Assembly: GCA_023663705.1 (NCBI GenBank)
Contig: JAMPGY010000005.1
Span: 1 to 64,000, forward strand
DNA: 64,000 bases
DNA from: Clostridium sp.
GTDB taxonomy: Bacteria > Bacteroidota > Bacteroidia > Bacteroidales > Bacteroidaceae
Reading direction: 5' to 3'
A program made the translations under genes and the position numbers. Positions within the stretch are counted from its first letter, which is position 1; every line of letters starts with the position of its first letter. The notes beneath the pieces were generated by a model. The model had not been told where the DNA came from. It saw nothing but the letters and a program-made list of their open reading frames with translations, and ran no database searches. Shown one piece after another: positions 9,529-20,277 of the stretch.

Positions 9529-11421
9529 ATGAGAAAATGGCGTATTGAGGATTCCGAAGAGCTCTACAACATCAACGGATGGGGAGTGAATTATTTCGGC
9601 ATCAACGAGAAAGGTAATGTGTATGTGACACCACGTAAGAACAGCGTACAGATCGACCTGAAAGAATTGGTCGACGACCTTGCCACAAGACATGTGACAG
9701 CACCTATGCTTTTGCGCTTTCCCGACATCCTCGACAACCGGATCGAAAAGACGGCCAACTGCTTCAACAAGGCGGCCAAAGCATACAACTTCCAAGCAGA
9801 GCATTTCATCATATTCCCCATCAAGGTGAATCAGATGCGCCCCGTCGTGGAAGAAATCATCAGCCACGGCAAGAAATTCAACCTCGGTCTGGAGGCCGGC
9901 TCCAAACCGGAACTGCATGCCGTACTGGCCACACACATGGACTCCGACAGTCTGATTATTTGCAACGGACATAAAGATCAAAACTTTATCGAACTGGCTC
10001 TGCTTGCTCAAAAGATGGGTAAACGCGTTTTTCTCGTTGTGGAAAAACTGCCCGAGCTGGAAACCATCGTGCACACGGCCAACAAACTGGGCGTGCGCCC
10101 CAATATGGGCATCCGCATCAAGCTGGCCTCCAATGGTTCCGGCAAATGGCAGGAAAGCGGGGGTGACGCCTCGAAGTTCGGACTGAATTCCTCCGAACTG
10201 CTGACTGCATTGGAGCGTCTCAAAGAGCTGGGTATGAGCGACTGTCTCAAGCTCATCCACTTTCACATCGGAAGTCAGATTACTAAAATCCGGCGCATCT
10301 CAACCGCACTGAGAGAGGCTGCGCAATACTACGTGCAGCTCCACTGTATGGGATTCAATGTAGAGTTTGTGGACTGCGGAGGCGGACTGGGCGTAGACTA
10401 CGACGGCACCCGCAGCAGCAACAGCGAAAGTTCGGTCAACTATTCCATCCAGGAGTATGTGAACGACTGTGTATACACGTTTGTGGAGGCGGCCAACAAG
10501 AACAATATGCCACACCCCAATATCATCACCGAGGGAGGACGATCGCTCACCGCCCATCACTCCGTATTGATTCTGGATGTGCTGGAGAGTGTCAGCACTC
10601 CCCAAATGCAGGAAGACTTCCAACCGGTAGAGGGCGACCATCAGCTGGTACACGATCTGACGGAAATTTGGGACAAGCTGTCGTCCCGCTCCATGCTGGA
10701 GGACTGGCACGACGCCGAAGATATACGCGAAGAAGCACTCGACCTGTTCCGCCACGGCATCATCGACCTGAAGACGCGTGCCCAAATAGAAAGCCTCTAC
10801 TGGAGCATATCGCATGAGGTATCGGAACTGTGCCACACACAGAAGCACGTGCCCGATGACCTGCGACTGCTGGACAAGCAGATGAGCGACATGTATTTCT
10901 GCAACTTCTCCCTGTTTCAGTCGTTGCCCGACTCCTGGGCCATTGACCAGCTGTTCCCCATCATCCCCATACAACGGCTTGACGAGAAACCGACACGCAG
11001 CGCCACCCTGCAGGACATCAGTTGCGACAGCGATGGCAAGATATCGGCCTACGTGAACCACAACCAGCAGACCAACTACCTGCCCCTGCACGAAATCAAG
11101 ACAGGAGAACATTATTATATAGGTGTGTTCCTTGTGGGCGCCTATCAGGAAATTCTGGGCAACATGCACAACTTGTTCGGCGACACCAATGCCGTACACA
11201 TCACAGTGGACAACGACCATTATACAATCGATCAGGTGATTGACGGAGAAACCGTGGCCGACGTACTGGAATACGTGCAGTACGACCCCAAAAAACTGGT
11301 GAGACGACTGGAGATCTGGGTGAGCAAGGCCATCAAGGAGGGACGTATCAATGACGCCGAAGGCAAGGAGTTCATCTCCAACTACCGCGCCGGACTTTAC
11401 GGTTACACTTATCTGGAATAG
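9529..11421 (+). CDS. speA: Biosynthetic arginine decarboxylase
   Basis: 630 aa; PLP-fold Orn/Arg decarboxylase motifs (FPIKVN, GGGLGVDYDG), length and N-terminal extension typical of SpeA. Confidence 0.9.
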   Translation: MRKWRIEDSEELYNINGWGVNYFGINEKGNVYVTPRKNSVQIDLKELVDDLATRHVTAPMLLRFPDILDNRIEKTANCFNKAAKAYNFQAEHFIIFPIKVNQMRPVVEEIISHGKKFNLGLEAGSKPELHAVLATHMDSDSLIICNGHKDQNFIELALLAQKMGKRVFLVVEKLPELETIVHTANKLGVRPNMGIRIKLASNGSGKWQESGGDASKFGLNSSELLTALERLKELGMSDCLKLIHFHIGSQITKIRRISTALREAAQYYVQLHCMGFNVEFVDCGGGLGVDYDGTRSSNSESSVNYSIQEYVNDCVYTFVEAANKNNMPHPNIITEGGRSLTAHHSVLILDVLESVSTPQMQEDFQPVEGDHQLVHDLTEIWDKLSSRSMLEDWHDAEDIREEALDLFRHGIIDLKTRAQIESLYWSISHEVSELCHTQKHVPDDLRLLDKQMSDMYFCNFSLFQSLPDSWAIDQLFPIIPIQRLDEKPTRSATLQDISCDSDGKISAYVNHNQQTNYLPLHEIKTGEHYYIGVFLVGAYQEILGNMHNLFGDTNAVHITVDNDHYTIDQVIDGETVADVLEYVQYDPKKLVRRLEIWVSKAIKEGRINDAEGKEFISNYRAGLYGYTYLE

Positions 11422-11427
11422 ACTGAC

Positions 11428-12201
11428 ATGAAAGAAAAGCTAACGGTTATCAAAGTGGGTGGGGGCATTGTGGAGGAAGAGACCTCACTCCAACAACTAC
11501 TCACTGACTTCAGCCGCATTGAAGGAAACAAAGTGCTCATACACGGCGGCGGTCGGTCGGCTACCAAAATGGCAGCCGCACTGGGCATTGAAAGTCGTAT
11601 GGTGAACGGACGCCGCGTCACCGACGCCGGAATGCTAAATGTGGTCACCATGGTATACGGCGGACAGGTGAACAAGGGCATCGTGGCCCGCCTCCAGGCC
11701 TGTGGCGTGAATGCGCTGGGGCTGACCGGAGCCGACATGAATGTGATTCGTGCCCACAAACGTCCCGTCAAGGATATTGATTACGGATTTGTGGGAGACG
11801 TTGATAGCGTAAACGGCACTCTGCTTGCCGATCTGATCAGTAAGGGCATCACACCGGTGATGGCACCGCTCACGCATGACGGTGAAGGACATATCCTGAA
11901 CACCAACGCCGACACTATTGCCGGAGAAACAGCCAAAGCATTGGCCAGCCACTTCGACGTCACGCTGATTTACAGTTTCGAGAAGAAAGGCGTGCTCCGC
12001 GATGCCAACGATGACGACAGCGTCATCCCGCACATCAACGAGCAAGACTTTAAAGCCTACGTGGCCGACGGCACCATACAGGGAGGCATGATTCCCAAAC
12101 TGGAGAACGCCTTTGATGCCATCCATGCCGGAGTGAGCCGCGTTGTCATCACCCTGGCTACAGCCATTGACGGCAAGTCCGGCACAATCATTGAAAAATA
12201 A
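11428..12201 (+). CDS. argB: Acetylglutamate kinase
   Basis: 257 aa amino-acid kinase fold (VIKVGG...HGGG), follows speA as in other Bacteroidales. Confidence 0.85.
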   Translation: MKEKLTVIKVGGGIVEEETSLQQLLTDFSRIEGNKVLIHGGGRSATKMAAALGIESRMVNGRRVTDAGMLNVVTMVYGGQVNKGIVARLQACGVNALGLTGADMNVIRAHKRPVKDIDYGFVGDVDSVNGTLLADLISKGITPVMAPLTHDGEGHILNTNADTIAGETAKALASHFDVTLIYSFEKKGVLRDANDDDSVIPHINEQDFKAYVADGTIQGGMIPKLENAFDAIHAGVSRVVITLATAIDGKSGTIIEK

Positions 12202-12257
12202 TTCCGCAACAGAGCACTGACTATCAGAAGCTAATAAAATAATTCAAAAAAAACAGA

Positions 12258-12296
12258 CGGGTGGGTGTAACTTTCCAAACACTCACCCGTCTTTAT
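12258..12296 (+). terminator. Rho-independent terminator after argB (GACGGGTGGGTG...CACTCACCCGTC + TTTAT)
   Basis: 12-bp stem read in sequence downstream of argB stop. Confidence 0.55.
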
Positions 12297-12306
12297 AAAC
12301 AGAGAG

Positions 12307-12813
12307 ATGAAGGAAATCAGTTTTCGGAACGACGTTCTGCCGGTCAAAGACAAAATCTACCGACTGGCTCTTCGCATCACCCTGAATCAGGCCGAAGCGG
12401 AAGACATTGTTCAGGACACACTGATACGGGTCTGGAACAAGCAGGACGAATGGCAGAATTTCTCCTCGATGGAGGCCTACTGCCTCACCGTTTGCCGAAA
12501 TATGTCGTTAGACCGTATTTCACTTAAGGGAAACAGAACTCTGACGCTCGACGACCAGCCCGAAACTCCCGACCTCTCCACTCCCCACGACACACTGACC
12601 CGCAAGGAGCAGATGAATCTGGTGGAAAAATTGCTTGAGACTCTGCCGGAAGTGCAACGGAGCATCATCCAACTCCGTGAGATGGAAGGCAAAACTTACA
12701 AGGAGATAGCAGAAATCCTGAATCTGAGCGAAGAAAAGGTAAAGGTATACCTGTTCAGAGCCAGACAACGGATAAGACAAGCTTACGAAAAAATAGACGG
12801 ATATGGACTATAA
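12307..12813 (+). CDS. RNA polymerase ECF-type sigma-70 factor
   Basis: 168 aa; region 2 (IVQDTLIRVW) and region 4 HTH (YKEIAEILNLSEEKVKVYLFRARQRI). Confidence 0.88.
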   Translation: MKEISFRNDVLPVKDKIYRLALRITLNQAEAEDIVQDTLIRVWNKQDEWQNFSSMEAYCLTVCRNMSLDRISLKGNRTLTLDDQPETPDLSTPHDTLTRKEQMNLVEKLLETLPEVQRSIIQLREMEGKTYKEIAEILNLSEEKVKVYLFRARQRIRQAYEKIDGYGL

Positions 12814-13300
12814 ATACATCGAGCAATTGCTGGAACGCTATTGGGCAGGCCAAACAAGCCTGAACGAAGAAAACATCCTGCGCATGTTCTTTGAACAAGA
12901 AGATGTACCGGTTCACCTGCAACGCTATAAAAGCCTGTTCAAGGACTATGCACTGCTGGCGCAAATCCGTCCGGACGAGAGTCTCGACAAACGGCTGAAC
13001 ACGATTGACGCACAGCGCCCCGTGGTGAAGGCACACCGCATCACTTATATGCAACGCCTGAGTCCCCTCTACAAGGCAGCGGCCGTCGTGGCCATCACAC
13101 TGACCTTGGGCAATGCGGCACAAAGCTCGTTCCAGCCAGAGGAAGAGGAGTACAACTACAGCAGCTATCAGGACAGCTACAGTTCTCCGGAAGCCGCATA
13201 CCGGCAAGTTTCCGATGCCCTGAAACTGGTGTCGGAAAGGCTTAACGAAGCCAACAGGAACGACTCGCTGAACACAATAGACGTGTCAGCCGAACAATAA
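12803..13300 (+). CDS. Putative anti-sigma factor / membrane-anchored partner of the ECF sigma
   Basis: Start overlaps sigma stop by 11 nt (translational coupling); single TM segment (LYKAAAVVAITLTLGNAA); no enzymatic motifs. Confidence 0.55.
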   Translation: MDYKYIEQLLERYWAGQTSLNEENILRMFFEQEDVPVHLQRYKSLFKDYALLAQIRPDESLDKRLNTIDAQRPVVKAHRITYMQRLSPLYKAAAVVAITLTLGNAAQSSFQPEEEEYNYSSYQDSYSSPEAAYRQVSDALKLVSERLNEANRNDSLNTIDVSAEQ

Positions 13301-13311
13301 GCCTGAAAAAT

Positions 13312-13806
13312 ATGAAACGCGCTCTTTGCTTACTGGTTCTCATCCTAACCGTCCTGACGGATATGCAGGCACAGGATTTCACATCCCGCTTCATGGCCAG
13401 TCACCCCAACGACTCCCTGCTGCAATGCCTCACAATCAGTCCTAAAATGATGGAACGCATCATGAAACTGTCCGCCATGGAAAACGGGAAAAGGGCTAAT
13501 ACGGAACAAGTGCTCTCCAAACTGAAGAGTGCCCGTATCATCACGTCCAAAGCCGGAAAAGAATATTTCAATGAGGCAGAAACACTTCTATTGAAAAACC
13601 AGCATCGTTTCACGTTGCTCAACCAATCCAGGCAAGACGGCACGCACTCCATTTTCGTGCGCAAGCGCGACAGCATTATCTCCGAACTGATTCTGCTGAG
13701 CCTTGACGACAAACAGAAGTTATTTACCATCATTGACTTTACCGGCGAGATGGACAAAGACTTCATCAAGACGCTGACGCAACAATGGGATGCGGGTAAT
13801 CAATAG
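13312..13806 (+). CDS. DUF4252 family secreted protein (third member of ECF-sigma triad)
   Basis: 164 aa with signal peptide; position and size match the DUF4252 proteins that follow ECF sigma/anti-sigma pairs in Bacteroidales. Confidence 0.6.
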   Translation: MKRALCLLVLILTVLTDMQAQDFTSRFMASHPNDSLLQCLTISPKMMERIMKLSAMENGKRANTEQVLSKLKSARIITSKAGKEYFNEAETLLLKNQHRFTLLNQSRQDGTHSIFVRKRDSIISELILLSLDDKQKLFTIIDFTGEMDKDFIKTLTQQWDAGNQ

Positions 13807-13906
13807 AATAATTTTTGCTTTTTCTATAAAAACAAGTTAGTGCTTAATAAAACAACGAAACTGTGAAGTTTCATTTTCTCTCAAATTTTTTCATAACATA
13901 CTAACG

Positions 13907-13942
13907 ACGAAAGAGGCTGCCTGTGCAAGGTGGCCTCTTTTA
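13907..13942 (+). terminator. Terminator hairpin AAAGAGGC...GCCTCTTTT after DUF4252 gene
   Basis: 8-bp stem plus T-run; lies inside the ORF-track extension 13930-14001, supporting the downstream ATG 14002 as true start of the next gene. Confidence 0.5.
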
Positions 13943-14001
13943 TTTTCCGCCCGCAAGAACCCGTATTCATCCATTTTACGTATCTTTGTCACCTACAATT
14001 C

Positions 14002-14502
14002 ATGATAGACTCTACTTTTCATATCAACACGGATATGCTCCACCTGTCGCTCCGCTGTGGCACCGACCGGAAGTTCTATGTGAGCAGCAAACCCGGCACG
14101 GTTTATATCACCTATCCCGATGGAACCGCGTTCCACACCACAGAGATGCAGTTGTTTCTCTACAAGGCCATTGTGGAGCAGTTGCGCAAGCAGGCTCATT
14201 ATTATCTGCCCGACCGGCTCAAAGCATTAGCCGCACGCCACGGATTTGAGTTCAACAGCGTCAAAATCAATTCGGCTCGCACACGCTGGGGCAGCTGTTC
14301 GTCCCGGCGCAACATCAACCTTTCGCTCTTTCTCATGACACTGCCGTCCCATCTGACCGACTACGTACTGCTACACGAATTGTGCCACACCCGGGAAATG
14401 AATCACGGCCCCCGGTTCTGGGCGCTTATGGACATCGTAACCGCCAATAACGCACGCAGTCTGCGCGCCGAACTTCGTTCTTTCCGCTCACCGTTTGCCT
14501 AA
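14002..14502 (+). CDS. YgjP-like zinc metallopeptidase-fold protein (DUF45/M48 family)
   Basis: HELCHTREMNHGPRFW motif (HExxH plus downstream) characteristic of DUF45/YgjP; start moved to Met at 14002. Confidence 0.75.
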   Translation: MIDSTFHINTDMLHLSLRCGTDRKFYVSSKPGTVYITYPDGTAFHTTEMQLFLYKAIVEQLRKQAHYYLPDRLKALAARHGFEFNSVKINSARTRWGSCSSRRNINLSLFLMTLPSHLTDYVLLHELCHTREMNHGPRFWALMDIVTANNARSLRAELRSFRSPFA

Positions 14503-14569
14503 TTATGATTTGAAGGCATTTTTTTGTGGTTTTATTCCATCCGTATTGCAGAAAATCTCTATCTTTGTA

Positions 14570-14577
14570 AGCGACCC
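14570..14577 (+). promoter_or_regulatory. -7 promoter box TATCTTTG upstream of GH2 gene
   Basis: Consensus TAnnTTTG about 55 nt upstream of ATG 14632. Confidence 0.4.
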
Positions 14578-14631
14578 TTTTATTGTATATTAACCAAATA
14601 GATCTGAAAACACAATAAACAATTACGCTTT

Positions 14632-17600
14632 ATGAGAAAATCCGCATTGAGTTTCGTGCTGTGCTATTTAGCAGCGACAGTACAGCCAGGATGCCAGACC
14701 CTGGAAGGGTTTTATTACGGCAACAGCACACAGCCGTCGGGCATTGAATGGCAATCCCCCGACTCGCTGGCCTACAACAAGGAACAGCCCCGTGCCACGT
14801 TCTTCTCTTTTGCCAACGTGGAAACCGCACGCCGCGTACTGCCCGAGAACAGTGCATACTGGCTCTCGCTGAACGGTGAATGGAAGTTCAACTGGGTGGC
14901 TTCACCGGAAGAACGGCCGGCAGACTTCTACAAACCGGAGTACAACACGGACAATTGGGACGACATACTCGTCCCCTCCAGTTGGAACATCGCGGGACTG
15001 CAAAAGGACGGCAGCCAGAAATACGGCACGCCCATCTATGTGAACCAGCCTGTCATTTTCCAACACCGCGTTGCCGTGGACGACTGGCGCGGCGGAGTGA
15101 TGCGCACGCCGCCCACCCATTGGACCACCTACAAATACCGCAACGAAGTGGGTTCCTACCGCCGCACATTTGAGGTGCCGGCCAATTGGGACGGACGCCA
15201 GGTGTTTATCAGTTTCGACGGCGTAGACTCCTTCTTCTACCTGTGGATTAACGGACATTATGTAGGTTTCTCCAAAAACTCGCGCAACGCTGCCCGCTTC
15301 AACATCACTCCTTATCTGAAGAAGGGGACCAATATTGTGGCTGCAGAAGTATACCGCAGTTCCGACGGCTCCTTCCTCGAGGCGCAGGATATGTTCCGCC
15401 TGCCAGGTATCTTCCGCACCGTGGCTCTCTATTCCACGCCGGAAGTGCAGATTCGCGACCTTGTGGCTATCCCCGATTTGACCAACAACTATCAGGACGG
15501 TGTGCTCAATATCACAGCAGACATACGCAACCTGAGTAAGAAGGACATCAAAGATTACACCATCAACTACAGCCTCTATGCCAACCCGATATATTCGGAT
15601 GAAAACACACCGGTGGAAGGCGTTTCATTCACGTCCGCACCGCTGAGCGTGAAAGCCGGTCTCAACGAAAGTGTCAAGGGCAGTCTGTCCGTACAGATGC
15701 CGAATCTGTGGAGTGCGGAAGCTCCCAACCGCTACACGCTGGTGGCACAGTTGAAAGACAACAAAGGCAAAGTGGTGGAGACTGTGTCCGTCTACACGGG
15801 TTTCCGCAAAGTGGAAATCAAAGACACCAAAGCTGAAGATGACGAATTCAACTTGGCCGGACGCTATTATTATGTCAATGGCAAGACTGTGAAACTGAAA
15901 GGAGTGAACCGGCATGAAACAGGCGCCGCCATGGGACACGCCCTCACCCGCACCTGGATGGAGGAAGAAGTGATGATGATGAAACGCGCCAACATCAACC
16001 ACGTGCGCAACTCACACTATCCGGATGATCCTTACTGGTATTACCTCTGCGACAAATACGGTATTTATCTGGAAGACGAAGCCAACATCGAATCGCACGA
16101 ATATTACTATGGAGCGGCCTCCCTCTCCCATCCGGCAGAATGGAGAAAAGCTCATGTGGCCCGCAATATGGAAATGGTACATAGCACGGTCAATAGTCCG
16201 TCTATCGTCATCTGGTCGCTGGGCAATGAAGCCGGACCGGGCAAAAACTTCGTAGCAGCTTACAACGCCATCAAGGCATTCGATACCTCACGCCCTGTAC
16301 AATACGAACGCAACAACGACATCGTGGACATGGGTTCCAACCAATATCCGTCCATCGGATGGACCCGTGGTGCCGTAAAGGGAACCTACAACATCAAGTA
16401 TCCGTTCCACATCTCGGAATACGCTCACTCCATGGGTAACGCTGTGGGTAACCTCATTGACTATTGGGAAGCTATCGAAAGCACCAACTTCTTCTGCGGT
16501 GGTGCCATCTGGGACTGGATAGACCAGTCGCTCTACAACTACGACACCCAGACCGGCGAACGCTATCTGGCCTACGGAGGTGACTTCGGCGATACGCCCA
16601 ACGACGGCCAATTTGTGATGAACGGTATCATCTTCGGAGACATGACTCCGAAGCCCCAGTATTTTGAAGTGAAAAAAGTGTATCAGTACATCGGTGTGAA
16701 AGCCATCGACATGAAAGAAGGCCGCATCGAAGTGTTCAACAAGAATTATTTCGTGCCTCTGACAGACTACACCATGGAATGGAGCCTTTATGAGAACGGA
16801 AAGAAGATACAGAGCAGTAACGTGTTTAAGGGTGCACGCAACATCGTGGGTCCGCGCGAAAAGCAGGAATACATTATCCCCTACGACTTTGACAAACTGA
16901 ACCCGCAGAACGAGTACTTCGTGACCGTGCAGTTTGCCTTGGCCAACGACAAGCCTTGGGCTCGCGCCGGATACGTGCAGGCCGAAGAGCAACTGCCGGT
17001 GAAGGCAGCCGGCGAACAGCCGCTTATCAGTGAGGTGACCAAGAATGCACCGCAGGTTTATGTGGAGAAAACAGACAACAGACAAACCATCAAGGGCAAC
17101 AACTTCGAAGCCGTCTTCGACATGGAGGCCGGTACGCTCTACAGCCTCTCCTACAATGGTCAAAAGGTTATTACCGATGGGAACGGTCCCAAGCTGGATG
17201 CTTTCAGAGCATTCACGAACAACGACAACTGGTTCTATACCCAATGGTACGAGCGCGGACTGCACAACCTGAAGCACAAGGTGCTGAGTTCACAGACGTT
17301 CACCGGGAAAGACGGTTGTCAGGTATTGTCTTTCACTGTTGAGTCTCAAGCTCCCAATGCCGCACGCATACACGGAGGAACAAGCTCCGGCCGCAACCGC
17401 ATTGAGGAGTTGACCAACCGTCCGTTCGGACCGGACGACTTTAAGTTCACCACCAACCAAATCTGGACGGTATATAAGGACGGTTCCATCGAACTGGAGG
17501 CTGCCATCACCTCCAATGTGCAGAATCTCACCTTGCCTCGATTGGGCTACCTGATGCGCGTGCCGCAGCAGCTGGACAAACTGACCTATTACGGCCGCGG

Positions 17601-18657
17601 ACCGGTGGAGAACTATGCCGACCGCAAGACAGGACAGTTCATAGCCCAATATGAGAGCACGGTGATGGAGCAGTTTGCCGACTTCCCCAAACCGCAGAGC
17701 ATGGGCAACCACGAAGAGGTGCGCTGGACAGCGCTGACCAACGGCAAAACGGGTGTGCTCTTTGTGGGTAACCAACCTATGGCTACAACGGCTCTTCCCT
17801 ACTCCGAACTGGATCTCACGCTGGCTCCCCATCCCTATCAATTGCCGAAAGCCGGCGATACATATCTGCACCTCGACCTGGGTATGACCGGACTGGGCGG
17901 AAACAGCTGCGGACAAGGCGGCCCGCTGGAACACGATTGCGTGAAAGCCACCGACCATAAGTTCGGTTTCATCATCCGCCCGGCACAGCAGGATAAGTTG
18001 AGCGAAAGCGCACAGGTTTCCCCTGCCGGATACATGCCACTAAGCATCAGTCGCGACCGCGCAGGCAAAGTGACTATCTCTTCAGCATTGGACAATGCGG
18101 ACATCCGCTACACCATCGACAAGCAGAAAAAGGCATCTAAGTATACCGGACAGCCCATCTCCCTGCGTCAAGGAGGCACCGTGACAGCCTGGTATCAGAA
18201 CCAACCCGAAATCAAAGCCAGCACACAATTTCCCAAGATTGAGACGGTGGATACGGAAGTTATTTATGCCAGCAGCGAAGAAGGCGGAAGTGCCAAGTTC
18301 CTGACCGACGGCAATCCGACCACCATCTGGCACACCATGTACTCTGTCACCGTGGCACAATACCCCCATTGGGTGGATTTAGATGCCGGCGAAACAAAGA
18401 CCATCAAGGGTTTCACCTATCTGCCCCGCCAAGAAGGCAACAACGGCGACATCAAGGACTACCGCATCTACGTGAGCAACGACGGCAAGGAATGGGGCGA
18501 ACCCATCCACCAAGGTACATTTGCATTCAACAAAGATCAGAAGAAAGTGATGTTCGACAAACCGGTGAAGGCACGTTATTTCCGCTTCATGGGACTCAGC
18601 TCGCAGGACGGACAGGACTTCGCATCCGGTGCCGAACTGGGCATATTGGCTGAATAA
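14632..18657 (+). CDS. Glycoside hydrolase family 2 beta-galactosidase with C-terminal F5/8 type C (discoidin) domain
   Basis: 1341 aa; signal peptide; LacZ-type acid/base (IWSLGNEAGPG) and nucleophile (SEYAHSMGN) motifs; C-terminal discoidin-like region (FLTDGNPTTIWHT). Confidence 0.9.
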   Translation: MRKSALSFVLCYLAATVQPGCQTLEGFYYGNSTQPSGIEWQSPDSLAYNKEQPRATFFSFANVETARRVLPENSAYWLSLNGEWKFNWVASPEERPADFYKPEYNTDNWDDILVPSSWNIAGLQKDGSQKYGTPIYVNQPVIFQHRVAVDDWRGGVMRTPPTHWTTYKYRNEVGSYRRTFEVPANWDGRQVFISFDGVDSFFYLWINGHYVGFSKNSRNAARFNITPYLKKGTNIVAAEVYRSSDGSFLEAQDMFRLPGIFRTVALYSTPEVQIRDLVAIPDLTNNYQDGVLNITADIRNLSKKDIKDYTINYSLYANPIYSDENTPVEGVSFTSAPLSVKAGLNESVKGSLSVQMPNLWSAEAPNRYTLVAQLKDNKGKVVETVSVYTGFRKVEIKDTKAEDDEFNLAGRYYYVNGKTVKLKGVNRHETGAAMGHALTRTWMEEEVMMMKRANINHVRNSHYPDDPYWYYLCDKYGIYLEDEANIESHEYYYGAASLSHPAEWRKAHVARNMEMVHSTVNSPSIVIWSLGNEAGPGKNFVAAYNAIKAFDTSRPVQYERNNDIVDMGSNQYPSIGWTRGAVKGTYNIKYPFHISEYAHSMGNAVGNLIDYWEAIESTNFFCGGAIWDWIDQSLYNYDTQTGERYLAYGGDFGDTPNDGQFVMNGIIFGDMTPKPQYFEVKKVYQYIGVKAIDMKEGRIEVFNKNYFVPLTDYTMEWSLYENGKKIQSSNVFKGARNIVGPREKQEYIIPYDFDKLNPQNEYFVTVQFALANDKPWARAGYVQAEEQLPVKAAGEQPLISEVTKNAPQVYVEKTDNRQTIKGNNFEAVFDMEAGTLYSLSYNGQKVITDGNGPKLDAFRAFTNNDNWFYTQWYERGLHNLKHKVLSSQTFTGKDGCQVLSFTVESQAPNAARIHGGTSSGRNRIEELTNRPFGPDDFKFTTNQIWTVYKDGSIELEAAITSNVQNLTLPRLGYLMRVPQQLDKLTYYGRGPVENYADRKTGQFIAQYESTVMEQFADFPKPQSMGNHEEVRWTALTNGKTGVLFVGNQPMATTALPYSELDLTLAPHPYQLPKAGDTYLHLDLGMTGLGGNSCGQGGPLEHDCVKATDHKFGFIIRPAQQDKLSESAQVSPAGYMPLSISRDRAGKVTISSALDNADIRYTIDKQKKASKYTGQPISLRQGGTVTAWYQNQPEIKASTQFPKIETVDTEVIYASSEEGGSAKFLTDGNPTTIWHTMYSVTVAQYPHWVDLDAGETKTIKGFTYLPRQEGNNGDIKDYRIYVSNDGKEWGEPIHQGTFAFNKDQKKVMFDKPVKARYFRFMGLSSQDGQDFASGAELGILAE

Positions 18658-18682
18658 AGCAGTTACTATCCAACAACCGAAC

Positions 18683-18718
18683 AGGGGATGTTCCACACAC
18701 CGGAACATCCCCTGTTTG
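18683..18718. terminator. Bidirectional terminator hairpin between convergent genes (AACAGGGGATGTTCC ... GGAACATCCCCTGTT)
   Basis: 15-bp perfect stem in the 105-nt convergent gap. Confidence 0.65.
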
Positions 18719-18762
18719 AGTAAAGAGCCGTATGGAATCGGCTCACAAGATCTCGTATAGAT

Positions 18763-20262
18763 TCAGTCTGAGACGCAAACCTTCATCCGATTGACCAGAT
18801 ACACGCCCGAAGGTAAATGCAGCACCTGTTCCTCACCGGTGTTCAGTCTACCCGCAGCAACTGTCCCTCCATCCACCGTATACACCACATAGTTCACTTC
18901 CGTGCGGGCATGCAACACCAGACCTCCTCTGTCTGCTGTCACCGCAAGCCCATCCTCACGTTCCACCGGTTCATAAATGCCGGTTTCATCCGGATACGGA
19001 TTCAACACAAGCGAAATGTCATCCACCCACAATTCGGCATTGTTACTGCCGTCTCCACCAACAAAACCAAAGGATAAGTTCAGAGTGGCTGGTTCGTCTA
19101 TGTCCAAAGCCACCTCTCTCTTCCTCCACGAACCCGTAGCGGAGACTTTCTTACGCAAACCGTCCACTTCATAATAGCAGAGGTTCTCCTTGGCCGAGGT
19201 CAAAGCCGTCTTCAGGTAGAAGGACAGAACATAATTTCCCGTAGGGAGCGCTGCCTCTTTAAGCACTTGTGCCGTTCCGGAGGAATTCAACCAACGCGAA
19301 CGGATGTATAGGTAATGGTCGGACGTAACTCCCGCAGGACGGGCCGTCTCACCATACGGAATTTGCTGCAAGAACGTATATTGCAGGTTGTCCTCCGTAG
19401 CCTCACCTGTGAAGCTGGTGTCCCAATCTGTTTGTCCGTAAACCTGACCGAATCGGCTGTCCACGGCTCCCTGCTGTGCCTCAAAATCCAGGTTCTCCCC
19501 CAGCAGACCGTCCACAACAGCCGGTTCGCCTTGTTGCGACATCACACTGCGAAAAGCCTCGTCCATTACTGTCACGGCCGCATCCAGAGCCGCATCCGTA
19601 GCCTTGTTCTCGCCTCGCTCCGCCTCCGTTAACACCGCATCAAACCCGTCTGCATCCAAAGAACGCAAAGACGTTATCAGGCGCTCATACAACGCATAAA
19701 TCTGTATGGATCGGTCTGTAGCATCCAGCACTTCATTGAGGGCAGAAGCCGCCCCGGCAAAACCGGAATAATCATCTGTCACATCCTTGGCCTCTGCCGC
19801 AGCCACAACCGCATCGAGCAACCGATGCCAAGCCTCATCGCTCATCAGCCGGAGGGCACCCTGCCTACCGGCATTGTAATCCGACTCAAAGCGTTGCAAA
19901 GCTGCCACCAAGGGCACTTTTGCTTTTTGATAGGCCATAATCCAGATTTGCGCCTGTGCCACAGCCGCCTGCAATTCACTCAATATTTCATCCACATCAG
20001 CATCACCGGCCTCAGCGGCTTCCGCCCGTTCAATGGCTTGGGTCAACAACGCTGTTTCAGCCTGCCCCATGGGCGGAACATTCACCGAACGTGCTCTTGT
20101 CACCAACTCCACCATCTCGGCATATTCATCTCCATTCTCTGTCATCGATGTAACCGATTGCACCGGCAGCCGCTGCATATCTGCGTCCGCAAGAGACATG
20201 GCCTGCATTCCCGTTGCAAACGGGAACAGAGCGGCCCAATGTAATATATTCAATTTCCTCAT
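18763..20262 (-). CDS. Secreted hypothetical protein, alpha-helical N-terminal half, beta-rich C-terminal half, probable T9SS C-terminal domain
   Basis: 499 aa; signal peptide MRKLNILHWAALFPFATGMQA; C-term ...LHLPSGVYLVNRMKVCVSD resembles T9SS CTD end. Confidence 0.6.
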   Translation of the reverse strand: MRKLNILHWAALFPFATGMQAMSLADADMQRLPVQSVTSMTENGDEYAEMVELVTRARSVNVPPMGQAETALLTQAIERAEAAEAGDADVDEILSELQAAVAQAQIWIMAYQKAKVPLVAALQRFESDYNAGRQGALRLMSDEAWHRLLDAVVAAAEAKDVTDDYSGFAGAASALNEVLDATDRSIQIYALYERLITSLRSLDADGFDAVLTEAERGENKATDAALDAAVTVMDEAFRSVMSQQGEPAVVDGLLGENLDFEAQQGAVDSRFGQVYGQTDWDTSFTGEATEDNLQYTFLQQIPYGETARPAGVTSDHYLYIRSRWLNSSGTAQVLKEAALPTGNYVLSFYLKTALTSAKENLCYYEVDGLRKKVSATGSWRKREVALDIDEPATLNLSFGFVGGDGSNNAELWVDDISLVLNPYPDETGIYEPVEREDGLAVTADRGGLVLHARTEVNYVVYTVDGGTVAAGRLNTGEEQVLHLPSGVYLVNRMKVCVSD

Positions 20263-20277
20263 ATCGTTTCTCCTCCT

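Noticed and set aside
16288-17958. Long antisense ORFs (329 aa, 222 aa) within the GH2 beta-galactosidase gene
   Set aside because: The plus-strand frame carries unmistakable LacZ catalytic motifs. The antisense ORFs are His/Val/Gly-rich artefacts of high GC.
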